In this document: in pieces, positions 14,507 through 27,489 of the stretch
Layout: each line of letters begins with the position of its first letter
How positions within the stretch are numbered: position 1 is the first letter of the stretch
Assembly (NCBI RefSeq): GCF_009914755.1
Contig: NC_060945.1
DNA length: 64,000 bases
Reading direction: 5' to 3' (one strand)
Source of the DNA: the human T2T-CHM13v2.0 reference genome, Homo sapiens
Translations under genes and position numbers: made by a program
The notes under the pieces: generated by a model
Told to the model about the DNA's origin: nothing
What the model saw: the letters and a program-made list of their open reading frames with translations, nothing else
The model's database searches: none

Positions 14507-15886
14507 TCACACATTTCAATTCTTATCTTTTCTATCCAAGAAAAGGGAATACAAGAGAGTTTGATGTCATTTGCAATTGTTTGTAGCAGAAAAAAATGTT
14601 TTTGCTCATACTTACAATCACCAGATGTGACTGAAGGAAATAGATGAATAAAATATAGTGTTACTTGCTGTATTACAGACTTAGGGATGAATATTTCTTA
14701 TATATTTATATTATTCATGTTATGTACAATGTTTATGCATTATACTTAATTCAGAAATCAACCAAACACAATGTTTATTTTTAAAAATGCAAGCACGTTT
14801 AAAGTGAAGGAGGTTTCTCAGTATACCTTTCAAGGCTTCTGTTATTGTTGCTTCAATTTTTTGCTGGGTTATCACTTCAATCTCACAAATGCTTTCCATG
14901 TAAGACTGGGATGTGAACCTGGGTCACAGGAGACACCATTCCAAGTCTCAGTTTCCTTTGAAGATTGTTCATCCTAATATGAAGTCAGAGAAACATGCAC
15001 TGGTGTTATACTCCCTGCCCCTTTGTCCTGTCACTGAAGTTATAATGCTTATAGGCTTCAGAGAGAAGTCTTCTTTCAACTTGTAGTTTCATTTTCTTAA
15101 CATGGTAAATATGCCTAGCTAACTACATTTGTTAAGGCTGGTATTTAAAAATGTCATCAGACCTTCAAAGTGTAAAGGATCTTCCACAGTGAACAGAAAT
15201 AGACAAAAAAGAGATTTGTTTCTGACCAATTTCTATGGTTAGTTATCTCACAAAATACAGGATTCCTTCAAGGCAGTGCTTACCTCTTTAAAAGTTATCT
15301 GTGGTAAGAGTGGCAAGAGTGGTAAGAGTGAAAGACCAGAATTCTAAGTTTCTTATACATATTTTTAATATTTGGCAAGCACACATCCTTAAAGATTTTC
15401 TCAATTATAAAAATGAAGTTTGGGCATTAACTTAGCCTTGTAAATATGTATCCAAGACTGAAAAATATCTTGAAATGTGTAACTGCTCATAAAACTTTGA
15501 AATTTATAATTGGTCATAAAAATAAACAAACATAAACTCTTGGATAAGGGAGTGAAAACTCATAATTTAATGGAGTTGGTTAGCTGAATGATCCGTATGT
15601 GAACAGCTTACAATATTACTTAGAACAATTGTACAAATGGAAACATAAGCAATGGTTTTTTTATAATTTCCTACTCAAATTTTTCTTCTTAACAAATAAA
15701 ATGGTTTAGTTGAAAGTCTATCAAGATTTCAACATTAATTTAAATGACCCCTCCTTTCAGATTTAAAGTGTTTTTTAAATCTTTGCCCTCACTAGATGTC
15801 AGCTTTTATTTATAACACTGTATCATATACATATGTATATGTACACATATCATATATGTATGCATATAGGTACAGTGTATATGTAA

Positions 15887-16243
15887 TGATAAATCTCACT
15901 TTGAATTGTAGTAATCCCCATGTGTCAAGAGTGGGACCAAGTGGTGATAATTGAATCATGGGGGTGGTTTCCTCCATGCTGTTCTTGTGATATTGAGTTC
16001 TCACAAGATCTGACGGTTTTGTAAGGGGCTTCTTCCTTTGCTCTTCAAACACACTCTCTTGCCTGCTGCCATGTAAGACGTGCCTGCTTTCCCTTCTGCC
16101 GTGATCGTAAGTTTCTTGAGGCCTCCCCAGCCCTGCAGAACTGTGAGTCAATTAAGTTTCCCTTTAAGTTACCCAGTCTTTCCCTTATAAATTACCCAGT
16201 CTCAGGCATGTCTTTATTAGTACTGTGAGAACGGACTAATATA
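15887..16243 (+). mobile_element. THE1 (C/D-type) solo LTR
   Basis: aaatctcactttgaattgta...aattgaatcatggggg...gtgagaacggactaatata. TSD tgtaa/tgtac. About 25 bp missing near the 5' end. Confidence 0.85.
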
Positions 16244-16271
16244 TGTACATACAGATACATATGTATATATA

Positions 16272-16302
<31 letters not shown>
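16244..16302. repeat. (TA)n-rich microsatellite
   Basis: Direct reading of the sequence. Confidence 0.85.
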
Positions 16303-16759
16303 TCTTGTAATATGTGTATCTCTTGTACTAGATAAGATTTTATATGACAGAGTTTATGTTTATTCATACTCTTATTTTACAGAGATTGCTATGATGCTTT
16401 GTTATAAACAATTATTTTCACAGTGGGATATTATTCTATTATGTATCCACTGGGGAGAATATAGCATATAAAACCAGATAAGATAATGTTATGTACAATG
16501 TGTAAGTTTCTTTGGCTGTACTCATTGAACTCCAGAATCTCAATAGCATTAACTAGATTTAATCAAAATAACTATTTTTATTATATAAAGTTTGATTTTA
16601 TTTCTATATTACAAGCATAAGAAAACAGAAAATGTTACTGATAATTATAGGATAAATATGATAGTGGAAAATAAGCATGTAGTAAAAGCAATGCTTTGGT
16701 CTTTTTGACCCAAAAGTCTATCTTTAATTGTCAACTGAGATGAAAATGCTCCATATATG

Positions 16760-16872
16760 TGGTTTACATCTGTTTCACAATTGAGCTCCCAAGTCTTATC
16801 TATCATTGTATCAGCAATGCCTAAGCACAGTCCAGTGCAGACACATTTTTAAAATAAATATTGTTGAATGAA
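16760..16872 (+). mobile_element. L2 3' end fragment
   Basis: tgtatcagcaatgcctaagcacagt...aatattgttgaatgaa resembles the L2 terminus. Confidence 0.6.
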
Positions 16873-17079
16873 GTATCCAGATACCACTAAATAAAGGAAT
16901 GTAATTCATATTTCTTTGTTAAATAGCACAGGAATACTGTCAGATGCTTTAGAATTTTTAGCTTTACCCACCCCCAGTTCTCCATCAGTCTCTGAAGGTC
17001 AATAGAGCACTAAAATCACATTAATTAGAATTGATCAAGCAAGAAAATATTAACTATTATAAGTGTAATAAAGAATAAA

Positions 17080-18020
17080 AATGAGTAGTCTGGAGGTACC
17101 TTTATATATGGTGATCTGAAAACAATCTTGATATTGTCATGGATCAGAAAAACAAAAACAAATCAACAACAACAACAGCAAAAACTACCGGTCTAGAGAC
17201 TATAAATTAGAAAGAGAAAGGTAGAGAATAATGTCAAAAATGGAGGCCTGGGCCAAACACAGAAGAACTTTTGTGTCAAGATAAGGATTTTGGATTTTAT
17301 TTTAAATGCATTAAAAAACCAGTAGGTGGTTTTAATTTGGTTATTTAAGTACATTCTTTATGTTTATTACTGCTATGTGAAAAAATACATTTCAGAAGTG
17401 TCAAAAAGTAGAAATCAGTGAGGATATTTTTCAGGCTATTTGGGTAATCATGGTTAAAATGGAGGGAAAAAGAAGCAGACCTATTTAGGATATACATGTA
17501 GAAAGACGTGCAAGGGAATTTTAGTATATTCAACAGAGAATTGGAAGACAGAGAATAAGGCTAATTTGTTGCTCTAAAATTAAACACTGAGTAAAGGTTC
17601 ATGTAATTGATGTTCTGAGGAATGTGGAATGAATAGGTTTTACTGATAAATACCATCATCTTACTGTGAGGTTTGCGTTGTGTATCTAACAGTCATGTGG
17701 AGATGTCCTGTAATGCATAAAAATCTGGAGTTCAGTGAAGAAGGGTCAGAGATGTACATGTTTTAGTCATTGGCATGTGGGAATATCAGGTGTGCAAGTG
17801 ATTACATACAACTGAGGAATGAGCCCTTGAGAAATGGGCATTTAAGAATTTCAAAGAGAAGAAGCCAGTGAAAAGGATCTGGAATGTTTGGACAGTGATG
17901 CAGAAGGACAGCCAAGAGACTGAGATGATGTGGGATTCAAGAGAAGAAGATAAATAAACAGGGTTTGGTCAACTGTGTCTAAGACTGTTGTCAGATCAAG
18001 AAATAAGAGTACAACAAGGT
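17080..18020 (-). mobile_element. L2 fragment
   Basis: Purine-rich L2 antisense motifs (aaggattttggattttattttaaatgc; tggtcaactgtgtctaagactg). Confidence 0.65.
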
Positions 18021-19521
18021 TTCTCAGTGGATAACTTAAACATGAATTATTCTTTCTGTCACATAATTATATATGCAAACACAAATTGTGGCAAATAGTA
18101 TTTCCCTAATGACATCAATACTATAAATATGAAAATTGTATTTTAATAATAAATGCCTTAATAAAACAAAACAAATAATATATTTTATTTAGAAATAATT
18201 TAACCTGCATTTGATTTTCGGAGCCTTTATAGTACTCTGAAGTGCGTGAATTTGGGTTGCAAAACTACAGCTTTTCTTAGTGCTAAGAAAGAAACTTGAA
18301 TGATTAAATTGCAATATAATTTTGTTTAGAAGAAAAAGACATAGAAGCCATGATGACTTCATTTTCTTGGCCCCTCTTTCATTTGCCATTTTACTTTCTT
18401 CTTTCTACTTTTATTCTGTATGCAAAACACATATATCCGGACCAACTAGCAGAAGTATAACACAAAATTATGGAAAATTCATACAATGATTTAATTTTTC
18501 TTTCTATAAGATAATTTTTGCTTGTTCCCTGTACCTGAAAAATTCATTCTCATCCCCTCTTTCTTTCCTACTCCTTTATTCACACGTTTGACTGGTTTAC
18601 AATATTGGAAGGAGGATCATTTTGAGAGTAAAGTGAACCAAATATGGTAACTGCTTTACTCTTCTGGTTGTCTTTGAAAATACTGAAATACCAACATTTA
18701 CTGATTCAAAATCTATCTGTAGCTTTGATCTTTTAAAAGTCACCCTTGTAACTGGTCACTGAGTAAAGGTAGGATGGAGGATACTTAATTTCACACTCTC
18801 AAAGGCTTAACTTTCTGCCTTTTTTCTGCACATTGTTAGTTTGTTGCTGAGTAGGAGATGACAGGAGATGTTTGTTTATTTTGGAACGATGGTTTTGGCA
18901 TAGTAACTATTCCTTGTAAATGTAACAGCAATATAATTCCAGGTCATGAGCCTCAAAAGCCACAACCAGCAATTGCATTAACCTAGTTTATTGAGTTTGA
19001 ATCATTATTCCCAGGCACATTTCAAATTTGGCCAGCTATGCTAATTACCATTGCCATAATACTCATGAAAATAATATTACAGCAAAGACTCATACGTATT
19101 ATATTTGAAAACATAGTCTCATTTGCTGTAATAATAGTAGTTATGTTTCTGTACACAAAGTCATCCAGGAAAACATTGTAGAAAGGATTAGGGATGAAAA
19201 GTTAATAAATTACTAAGATTCACACTTAGAAAGCAAGGCATTTAGACTACATAAATGTATTTTTTCAATAGCTATGACAAGATTTCATGACAGCAAAAAT
19301 TGTTTTTATATAAATGACAAAAATTAATGTTAATGAGGTTGCCTCCTTCAAGTCTCAACACCTAGAACTGCTTCCCTTTCAGCAAGGTACAATGTTGCTA
19401 GCAATACAGGTCCAAGCTCTACACATAGAACAAAATCAACAGAAAACAAGTTGAGGGTGTATCCTAGGCCTTGGTCTCAAGATCTCTTTTTTCCATTTCT
19501 AAGGTGCTGACCAGCTATATC

Positions 19522-20063
19522 TGTGAGAGGCACGTGATCCAGAGCAACTCCATCTTAAATAAGAGCTAGGTAAAATGAGGCTGAGACCTACTGGGCTGCA
19601 TTCCCAGATTGTTAAGACATTCTAACTCACAGGATGAGATAAGAGGTCAGCACAAAATATAGGTCATGAAGACTTTGCTGATAAAACAGGTTGCAGTAAA
19701 GAAGCTGGCCCAAACCCACCAAAACCAAGATGGTGAAGAGAGTGACCTCTAGTTGTCCTCACTGCTATACGCCATGACAGTTTACAAATGCCATGTCAAC
19801 ATCTGGAAGTTACCCTATATGGTCTAACAAGGGGAGGCATGAATAATTCAGCCCTTGTTAGCATATCATCAAGAAATACCACAAAAATGGACAACCAGCA
19901 GCCCTCAGGGCTGCTGTGTCTATGGAGTAGCCATTCTTTTATACCTTTATTTTCTTAGTAAACTTGCTTTCACTTTACTCTATGGACTCGCCCCGAATTC
20001 TTTCTTGCATGAAATCCAAAATCCCTCTCTTGGGGTCTGGATCAGGACCCCTTTCCTGTAACA
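19522..20063 (+). mobile_element. MER41A 5' LTR (ERV1)
   Basis: tgtgagagg...ccagagcaactccatcttaaataagagctaggtaaaatgaggctgagacctactgggctgcattccc ... ggacccctttcctgtaaca. Confidence 0.9.
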
Positions 20064-21551
20064 TCTTTCTGGCAACCACAAAAGGGACTATAGTGAGCAA
20101 CCCCTGACCCAAAGGCTAACTTTGGGTAAGTGGTGGGGTCCTGTAGGAAACCCCCAACACAAAGGCTAACTTTGGGTAAGTGGTGAGGTCTTGTAACAAC
20201 TTTCTGCTGAACCACAGAAGGGACGATACTGAGGAGAACCCTCTGACCCAAAGGAAATGGACTGCAACACTGATTGAATGACTTTCGGTAAGTGGTGGAG
20301 TACCTGGGTAAAGGATGGGATTGGCTTAGAGGCCCAACTTAGGGGAGTTAAAGTCTCTCCTAAGACAGACAGGGTTAAAGGCTCCTCTCAATGGAAGGCA
20401 AGGATACTTGCCAAATTTTGGTTCCAGGGCAAACTTTGGAGGCTTTGCATCCCTTCTAAGATTTAGGGGGTTAGAGGCCCCTCTCAGTAAAGTCACTCTC
20501 CATAAAGTCCCTTTTGGTTAAGAACAGGTTTGGCATTACGGGATGTTAACTGCTCTTCTCTTTGGAATAATCTGCCTTGCACTCTTGGATGATGGCTGTG
20601 GGTGACAGGATTAGGCATGTACAGGATCGTGGGACATGAGAAAGTTTTTCTTCCCTGAAAAGAGAAAACTTGAGAGCTGATGGGAGTGCTGGAAAAGATA
20701 CCTTCACTACCAAGAAGTAGCTGCCTGAACATTTCAGTGTCCACTGTCATTGGTGGGTCTTTCTCTGGCCTCTCTGAGTGCCTTGCCTTCCTCACCCTGC
20801 CTCTCTGTCTGTCTCCCTGTGCAAACTGGTTAAACGGTAAAAATCACTGTTTATCTACTCTGTAAAGTTTTAATCAGAAAAAAGGATTTGTGAGGCTAAT
20901 CTTGAGCTGTAGCCAATTTGTGTGCTTTGTGTGTCCTCCTGTATTGTTCCGTCATAATGAGGGGTACCTTAGGACAGAAAATGGGCTTAAGACACCTGTA
21001 AGCCTGCTTTTCAAGACAGGCCAGCAAATTGGTCAGTCGTATACTTGGGAGCTTGAACTTGTAAACGTGGCAGTGTCTTCTCTTTTCACGACGGCGACCA
21101 AGGCTCAGAGTTCAGTTCCCTGCTTAGGAGATAAGTCCTTTATCTTATTCTGTCTGTGTATTCATATGTGTTGTGTGTGTGATATAAAAGTGCTTTGATT
21201 AATTGGCTTAAAAATAAGTGCTTAAATCAAACATTTTGTCAGAAAGTAAAAAGTGTAATGTCTTTGAGTTCATGTTACTTAAGTAATCTGTGGGAAATAG
21301 AATTTTAAAGATTATTGGTAAAATAATATCTTCAAAAATGTCAACAATTGGTCTAAATTGGGTCAGATATTAAGTTCACTAAATGCTTTATGGTCATAAA
21401 CTACTTATTTGACTTTTGAAAATTGTTCAATTTACCTACTTTGGAGCATGAGATTCTAAATAAGTCCAAGGACTTGTGGAGTTAGCCACGCCCCATAGCT
21501 ATGCTAGAGGCAGCCCTTATCTGCACTTCTGCCTGGTGTGTCTTTGTCCTA
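20064..21551 (+). mobile_element. MER41 internal region (PBS/leader, non-coding), truncated
   Basis: PBS-like tggcaaccacaaaagggac just after the LTR, followed by MER4-group internal sequence. Confidence 0.8.
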
Positions 21552-23625
21552 GTGAGAGCTTATACAGAGAAACTTCACCTTATAAATCCATCAGATCTCA
21601 CGAGACTTATTCACTATCATGAGAACAGCACGGGAAAGACCTGCTCATGATTCACTTAGCTCCCACCAGGTCCCTACCGCAACATGAGGGAATTCAAGAT
21701 GAGATTTGCTTGAGGACAGAGCCAAACCATATAATTCCACCCATAGCCCCTCCCAAATATCATGTCCTCACATTTCAAAACTAATCATGTCTTCCTAACA
21801 GTCCCCCAAAGTAATAACCCATTTCAGCATTAACTCAAAAGTCCACAGTTCAAAGTCATATCCAAGACGAGGCAAATCCCTTCTGCCTATGAGCCTGTAA
21901 AACCAAAAGTGAGTTAGTTACCTCATAGATACATTGGGGATACAGGCATTGGGTAAACACAACTATTCCAAATGGGAGAAATTGTCCAAAACAAAGGGGC
22001 TACAGGCTCCACGCAAGTCCAAAATCGAGCAGGGCAGTCAAATCTTAAAGCTCCAGAATGATCTCCTTTCAATTCATGACTCACATACAGGTCATGCTGA
22101 TGCAGGAGGTGGGCTCCCATGGTCTTGGGCAGCTCTGCCCCAGGGGCTTTGCAGGGTACAGCCTTCCTCCCAGCTGCTTTTATGGGCTGGTGATGAGTGT
22201 CTGTGGCCTTTCCAGGAGCACAGTGAAAGCCACTGGTGGATCTGCCATTCTGAGCTCTGGAGGATGATGGCCCTCTTCTCACAGCTCCACTAGGTGGTGC
22301 CCCACTCTGTGTGGGCTCTGACCCCACATTTCCCTTCCACACTGCCCTAGCAGAGGTTCTTCAGGAGGGCACTGCCCCTGCAGCAAACTTCTGCCTGGGC
22401 ATTCAGGCATTTCCATATATTCTTTGAAATCTAGGTGGAGGTTTCTAAACCCCAATTCTTGACTTCTGTGCACTCACAGGCTGAACACCAAGACTTGAGG
22501 CTTGCACTCAGTCTGAGCTCTATTTTGGCCTTTTTCAGCCATGGCTGGAATGGCTGAGATTCAGGGCACCATGTTCCTAGGCTGAACATAGCAATGGGAC
22601 CCTGGGCGCGGCCCACAAAACCATCTTTTCCTCCTAGGCCTCTGGGCTTGTGATGGGAAGGGCTGCCATGAAGACCTCTGACATGCCCTGGAGACATTTT
22701 CGCCATTCATTTTCTTGGAAATTAACATTTGTCTCCTTGTTACTTATGCAAATTTCTGCAACAGGTTTGGGTTTCTCCTCAGAAAATGGGATTTTCTATT
22801 GCATTGTCAGTCTGCAAATTTTTCACTTCTATGCCCTCTTTCCCTTTTGAAACTGAATGTCTTTAACAGCACCCAAGACACCTCTTTAATGGTTTGCTGG
22901 TCAGAAATTTCTTCACCAGATACCCTAAGCCATCTTTCTCAAGTCCAAAGTTCCACAAATCTTTAGAGCAGGGGCAAAATCCTGCCAATCTTTTTGCTAA
23001 AACATAACAAGAGTCATCTTTGCTCCAGTTCCCAACAAGTTCCTCATCTCCGTCTGAGACCTTCTCAGCTTAGATGTTATTGTCCATATCACTATCAGCA
23101 TTTTGGTCAAACCCATTCAACAGGTCTCTAGGGTGTTCCAAACTTTCCCACATTTTCCTGTCTTCTGAACCCTTCAAATTGTTCCAACTTCTGCATGTTA
23201 CCTAGTTCCAAAGTTGCTTCCACATTTTTGGGTATCTTTTCAGCAGCACCCCACTCCTGGTACCAATTTACCATATTAGTCTGTTTTCATGCTGCTTATA
23301 AAGACATACCTGAGACTTGGTAATTTATACAGGAAAAAGGTTTATTGGACTTACAGTTCCACATGGCTGGGGAAGTCTCACAATCATGGTGAAAGGCAAG
23401 GAGGAGGAAGACATGTCCTACATTGATAGCAGCAGGCAAAGAGAGAGCTTTTCCAGGGAAACTCTGCCTTATAAAGCCATCAGATCTTGTGAGACTTATT
23501 TGCTATCATGAGAACAGCATGGGAAAGACCTGGCCCCATGTTTCAATTACCTCCCACCAGGTCCCTCCCACAACATGTGGGAAATCAAGATGAGACTTTG
23601 ATGGGAACACAGCCAAACCATATCA
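21552..23625 (-). mobile_element. THE1 (THE1B-like) provirus: 5' LTR 23272-23625, internal 21734-23271, partial 3' LTR 21552-21733
   Basis: Two LTRs read ...gccaaaccatat(c)a on the + strand. A reverse-complement polypurine tract follows 21733, with about 1.55 kb of THE1 internal sequence. Confidence 0.92.
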
Positions 23626-23829
23626 CGTGGCAATGTCAGAAAGTTACTCTACATGGTCTAAAAAGGGGAGTTATTAATCCAGCCCTTGTTTAGCATATCA
23701 TCAAGAAAATAACCATAAAAATGGGCAACCAGCAGTTCTTGGGGCTTCTCTGCCTATGGAGTAGCCATTCTTTTATTCCTTTACTTTCCTAATAAACTTG
23801 CTTTCACTTTATGGACTCTACCTGAATCA
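23626..23829 (+). mobile_element. MER41A 3' LTR fragment
   Basis: Direct repeat of about 19790-20000 (aagttac..ta.atggtctaa.aagggga...tatggagtagccattc...aaacttgctttcacttta). Confidence 0.88.
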
Positions 23830-24036
23830 GCTTTGAATAAAAATCAGTGTGTTGTTTAGAACAGAATGGATTATTTTATTAGAGAGACCTCTCTGAAAGA
23901 ACTCTTCTTTTTCCTATAGTCTCTTAATATACAAAAACAACATTCTCAAGAGTTTTCTGAGTTATTTTATACTTACTTGCCACAAAGATTAAGATTATTC
24001 TGTTTATGTGAATCTTTTGAAACTCTCTTCTTTTGA

Positions 24037-24495
24037 TGAGTTTTTTCTGGCTGCTTTAACTAATTACCATAAATTTAGTGTCTAAAAAATACAAATGGAT
24101 TATCTCACAGTTCTGTAGTGTCTCCATGGGCTTAAATCAAGGTCTTGGGAAGACTTATTACATTTTGTAGAATTTAATGGGGCGTGCATTATCTTGTATT
24201 TTACAGTTTCTAGAGGTCTCACACATTGTTTGGCTCATGACCCCATTATTTTATCTTCAAAGTCTGCAACACTGCATTTCTGTGACCATTCTTGTGCAGT
24301 CACAACTCCTCTGACTTTCACTTCCACTTTTCAGGACTTCTGAGTTTACATTGCACCCAGTTAAATAAGAAAGGATGATCTCTCTATTTAAGGTCAACTG
24401 GTTAACAACCTTAATTTTATCTGCAACCTTAATTGATCTTCACCATGTAAGCTGACATATTCATGAATTTGGGGATTAGGACTTGCACTCCTTGC
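24037..24495 (-). mobile_element. MLT1 (C/D-like) LTR
   Basis: ggctgctttaactaattaccataaatttagtg...ttatctcacagttctgtag...ggggattaggac. Confidence 0.75.
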
Positions 24496-27489
24496 AAATT
24501 GATGAAATCCTTATTTGCATTTGTAGTTAAGAACAGCTTTCAAGGTAATTAGAATATGCAGTCAGGCTATTTTTTTTTTCCTGGCAAATCCTAGCAGGGA
24601 AAGAAAGAAAAGGGAGGAGATAAAGGGAAAACAGTGGATGATTCTTACACAATGTCACAATTCATGGAAAATTGAAAAGCCTGTCTTTGAATAAGTCATT
24701 GACCTTAACTATTCATTATTTTTCTCCCATCTCTTTTTGATATAATTAAATATAATTTCTTTTCCTGTATTTGATGGTTTTAACTTTATTAATATTGATT
24801 TTCATGTGCATGGTAAGGCAAATTTCACCAAATTTATTTATGTTGAATTATCCAATACTTCTTTCAATGCTGTATTTCTTATTTGATTGTGACTTCCTTG
24901 AAATAATGGCTATAACTTATCCATCTCCATGTTCGTCAGAGCTGACACATTAATGATTATGTTGCACATTACAGACGTTCCTTGAATAGTTGAGTGGAGG
25001 GATGTATGAATGATTGCCGATCAATAAGTTATTGCCATGTCATTTTGTCTACTAACAAGCCTTTAAAGCTTTGGTCAATATTTAACACTAGTTACAATTG
25101 CATTTTTCTTTTTATTTTACAAGCAACATTTCAAATTGCATTTATTTTAGAATAACTTAGAAAATGTTAAGCCAGCCATATTTATTTTGTATTCCAAGTT
25201 TATAATCTAAATGGAAAAGAAGAAACTAAAAAAATATTGCTTACTTTGAGGACAGTTGCCATATGAATTTTTATAACATTTGTTTTATTTTACCTTACTG
25301 GGTAATCATCTTTTGTTTCCAATCATTTAGTATATAATTTTAATATCAAAAGACCACAGTCACATGTAGGAATGGAGAGAGTAATAGCTGCTAAATTCTA
25401 ATGTAAAACCAAGATGCTTATGGGGTCAGGCAGTGACATTATTTATCATAACATATCCAATTGAATAGGAAGACTCTGCTGAGACCATTCCACCATGTCA
25501 ATTACATAGTCAAAAGGGGACATCTCAGGCTGGAGAATAATTAAGCCTGGATGAGTTAGGCATTGGATTTCAACAAAGGCTCATTATCAACCCAATAGCT
25601 GTTCTTTGAAAAAGGGTATGTCTCTCAATTAGTCAGACCTCAAGTTTAGAACTCCAAAAGAGGGTATCTATAGCTGCTTCCATTTTTCTTGGTTAGGAGC
25701 AAAAGAGATAGAATTTGAATTGCAAGACTGCCAGACCTTAGAGACTAGAGGCATTTGTATTGAATCCAAACTACCTGCTGGTTGTAAAGGGCAGAGGAGT
25801 GTGTCTCACTTGTGTAATTACAACTTTCCCCTATTGCTTTATTGGGATAGTCTACTCTGGAGCTTATGAGATAGAAAATAACAAGCAAATAACATAACAC
25901 ATCAATTCCTAAAATACACTCAAAGACAGAAGCAATGAAACACTACAATAAAACATTTAATTATTTTTTTCTCCACAACAAATTTTGCTCAAAGCCATTA
26001 TTTTATTGTTTTAGAGATAAACTCACAGCTGCCACAAGATCCTGAGATCCTGTTATTTCCTGGCTAGAAAATTTGTAATGCAAAGGTGGAACTGAAGTGC
26101 CAAAAGCTCTCTAAGAGATCACTTAAGCAACAGGAGAGTGAGCATGCTTGTACACTCTCTTGGGCACACATGTTCTCTCTCTCTCCTTTTTGACTACTTG
26201 ACAACAGAGTTTTTATCACTGTGCATGTGGAGTAAACACGGCCCAAGGGATCATTTACTGTGTCCCCTCAGATCCTACCTTGGTTCCATCCTAAATTTCT
26301 TGGTGCCTTTAGCCACCTCTGTACCCACTATCCATAAGAGAATGGGCATTCACGTGCCAGTATCCAAAAGAGCCATAACAATTAAAATCCTTCTCTGCTT
26401 GAAATTTCCAAATATGGGGTATAACATCCACAGTGAGACCTTGGACTCACCCCTAATTTTTAAAGTAGTAAAGTCCTTTGTAGAAGGGCACAAGAGATCA
26501 GGTGAACATGGAAAAGCTTATATCTGTGTCAGTGAATGAGACACAGTTCCTTTCAGGTTCAAGAATAGCAGCTGAGCTTCCCCAAACCATGTTCCAGCTA
26601 TAGAAATTAAATAATCTTTCACTTCTCTTTGGAGGAGAAAGTGAAAAACAGCAGCAACAATTAAGCTCCTTGTATTAATCCTACTTCCTACATAACAAAC
26701 ATCTTCTTAATTCCTCATTAAAGAAAAAGGAGGAGAACCACATATTACTAATTGGCTAAATGATTTAGTCAGTATGCTTGCTACCAATATCTACTAGCTA
26801 ATGGGCCCTTGCTTTTTTTTTTTCCAGCTAATCATGTTTATGACAAGATTCCACCTTCTTTACCTAAATTGATATTTTTTATATTTATATTTATTTTTTA
26901 AAATCTGACAGTAAAAACAAAGTTTATGAATCAGAGGTTAAAAATATCATTTGCTTATAGAATATCTTAACACAGGTTCTGCTTGTTTCATTTCTACAGA
27001 AGTAACCTGCACATATAGAAGAGGCATCTGCAGTACAGGATTGGAGCTCCACCCTTACAAAATCTCCAAACTTACATAGGGCAATTTGTACATATTTTTT
27101 CTTCCCTTCTTGAGAAAGAAGAGAAAGCTTTTTCTCTAATGTAAACAAATCCCCTCTGGGAAGTGTACAAAAAGGTCCCTAAGTTGCTTCAACTCTTTAA
27201 AATGTAAATGAATGGGTTAGAAATTGATTACCTGTTGTTATGTAAATGAATGGCTCTAGAGATGATGAATTTGTAAATTTCCCTAGGGTTTTTATCTTTA
27301 ATTTCCAGGACTTGTTTGCCTCTTCCTCATTTTCTTTTAAGTTGGATTGCCAGTACATTTTGCCCAGAAAGTCATGACCGTGCAAAAATGTAAAAATAGT
27401 CACATTTTGTTCTAACACAAATTGATCTCTATACCGATGGTGTTATATTTATGGCAAATAATGATTTTCTCAGTACATAATTATTAAAC

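Noticed and set aside
15303-15330. 9-bp tandem repeat gg(t/c)aagagt, three copies; also a 13-bp duplication at 28117-28142
   Set aside because: Ordinary slippage duplications with no evidence of function.
20100-20255. Spaced direct repeats superficially like a CRISPR array
   Set aside because: There are only two to three degenerate copies inside an ERV leader in primate DNA, with no cas genes.
21923-22966. Cluster of overlapping ORFs
   Set aside because: They lie in GC-richer THE1 internal sequence and are fragments of a decayed MaLR ORF.
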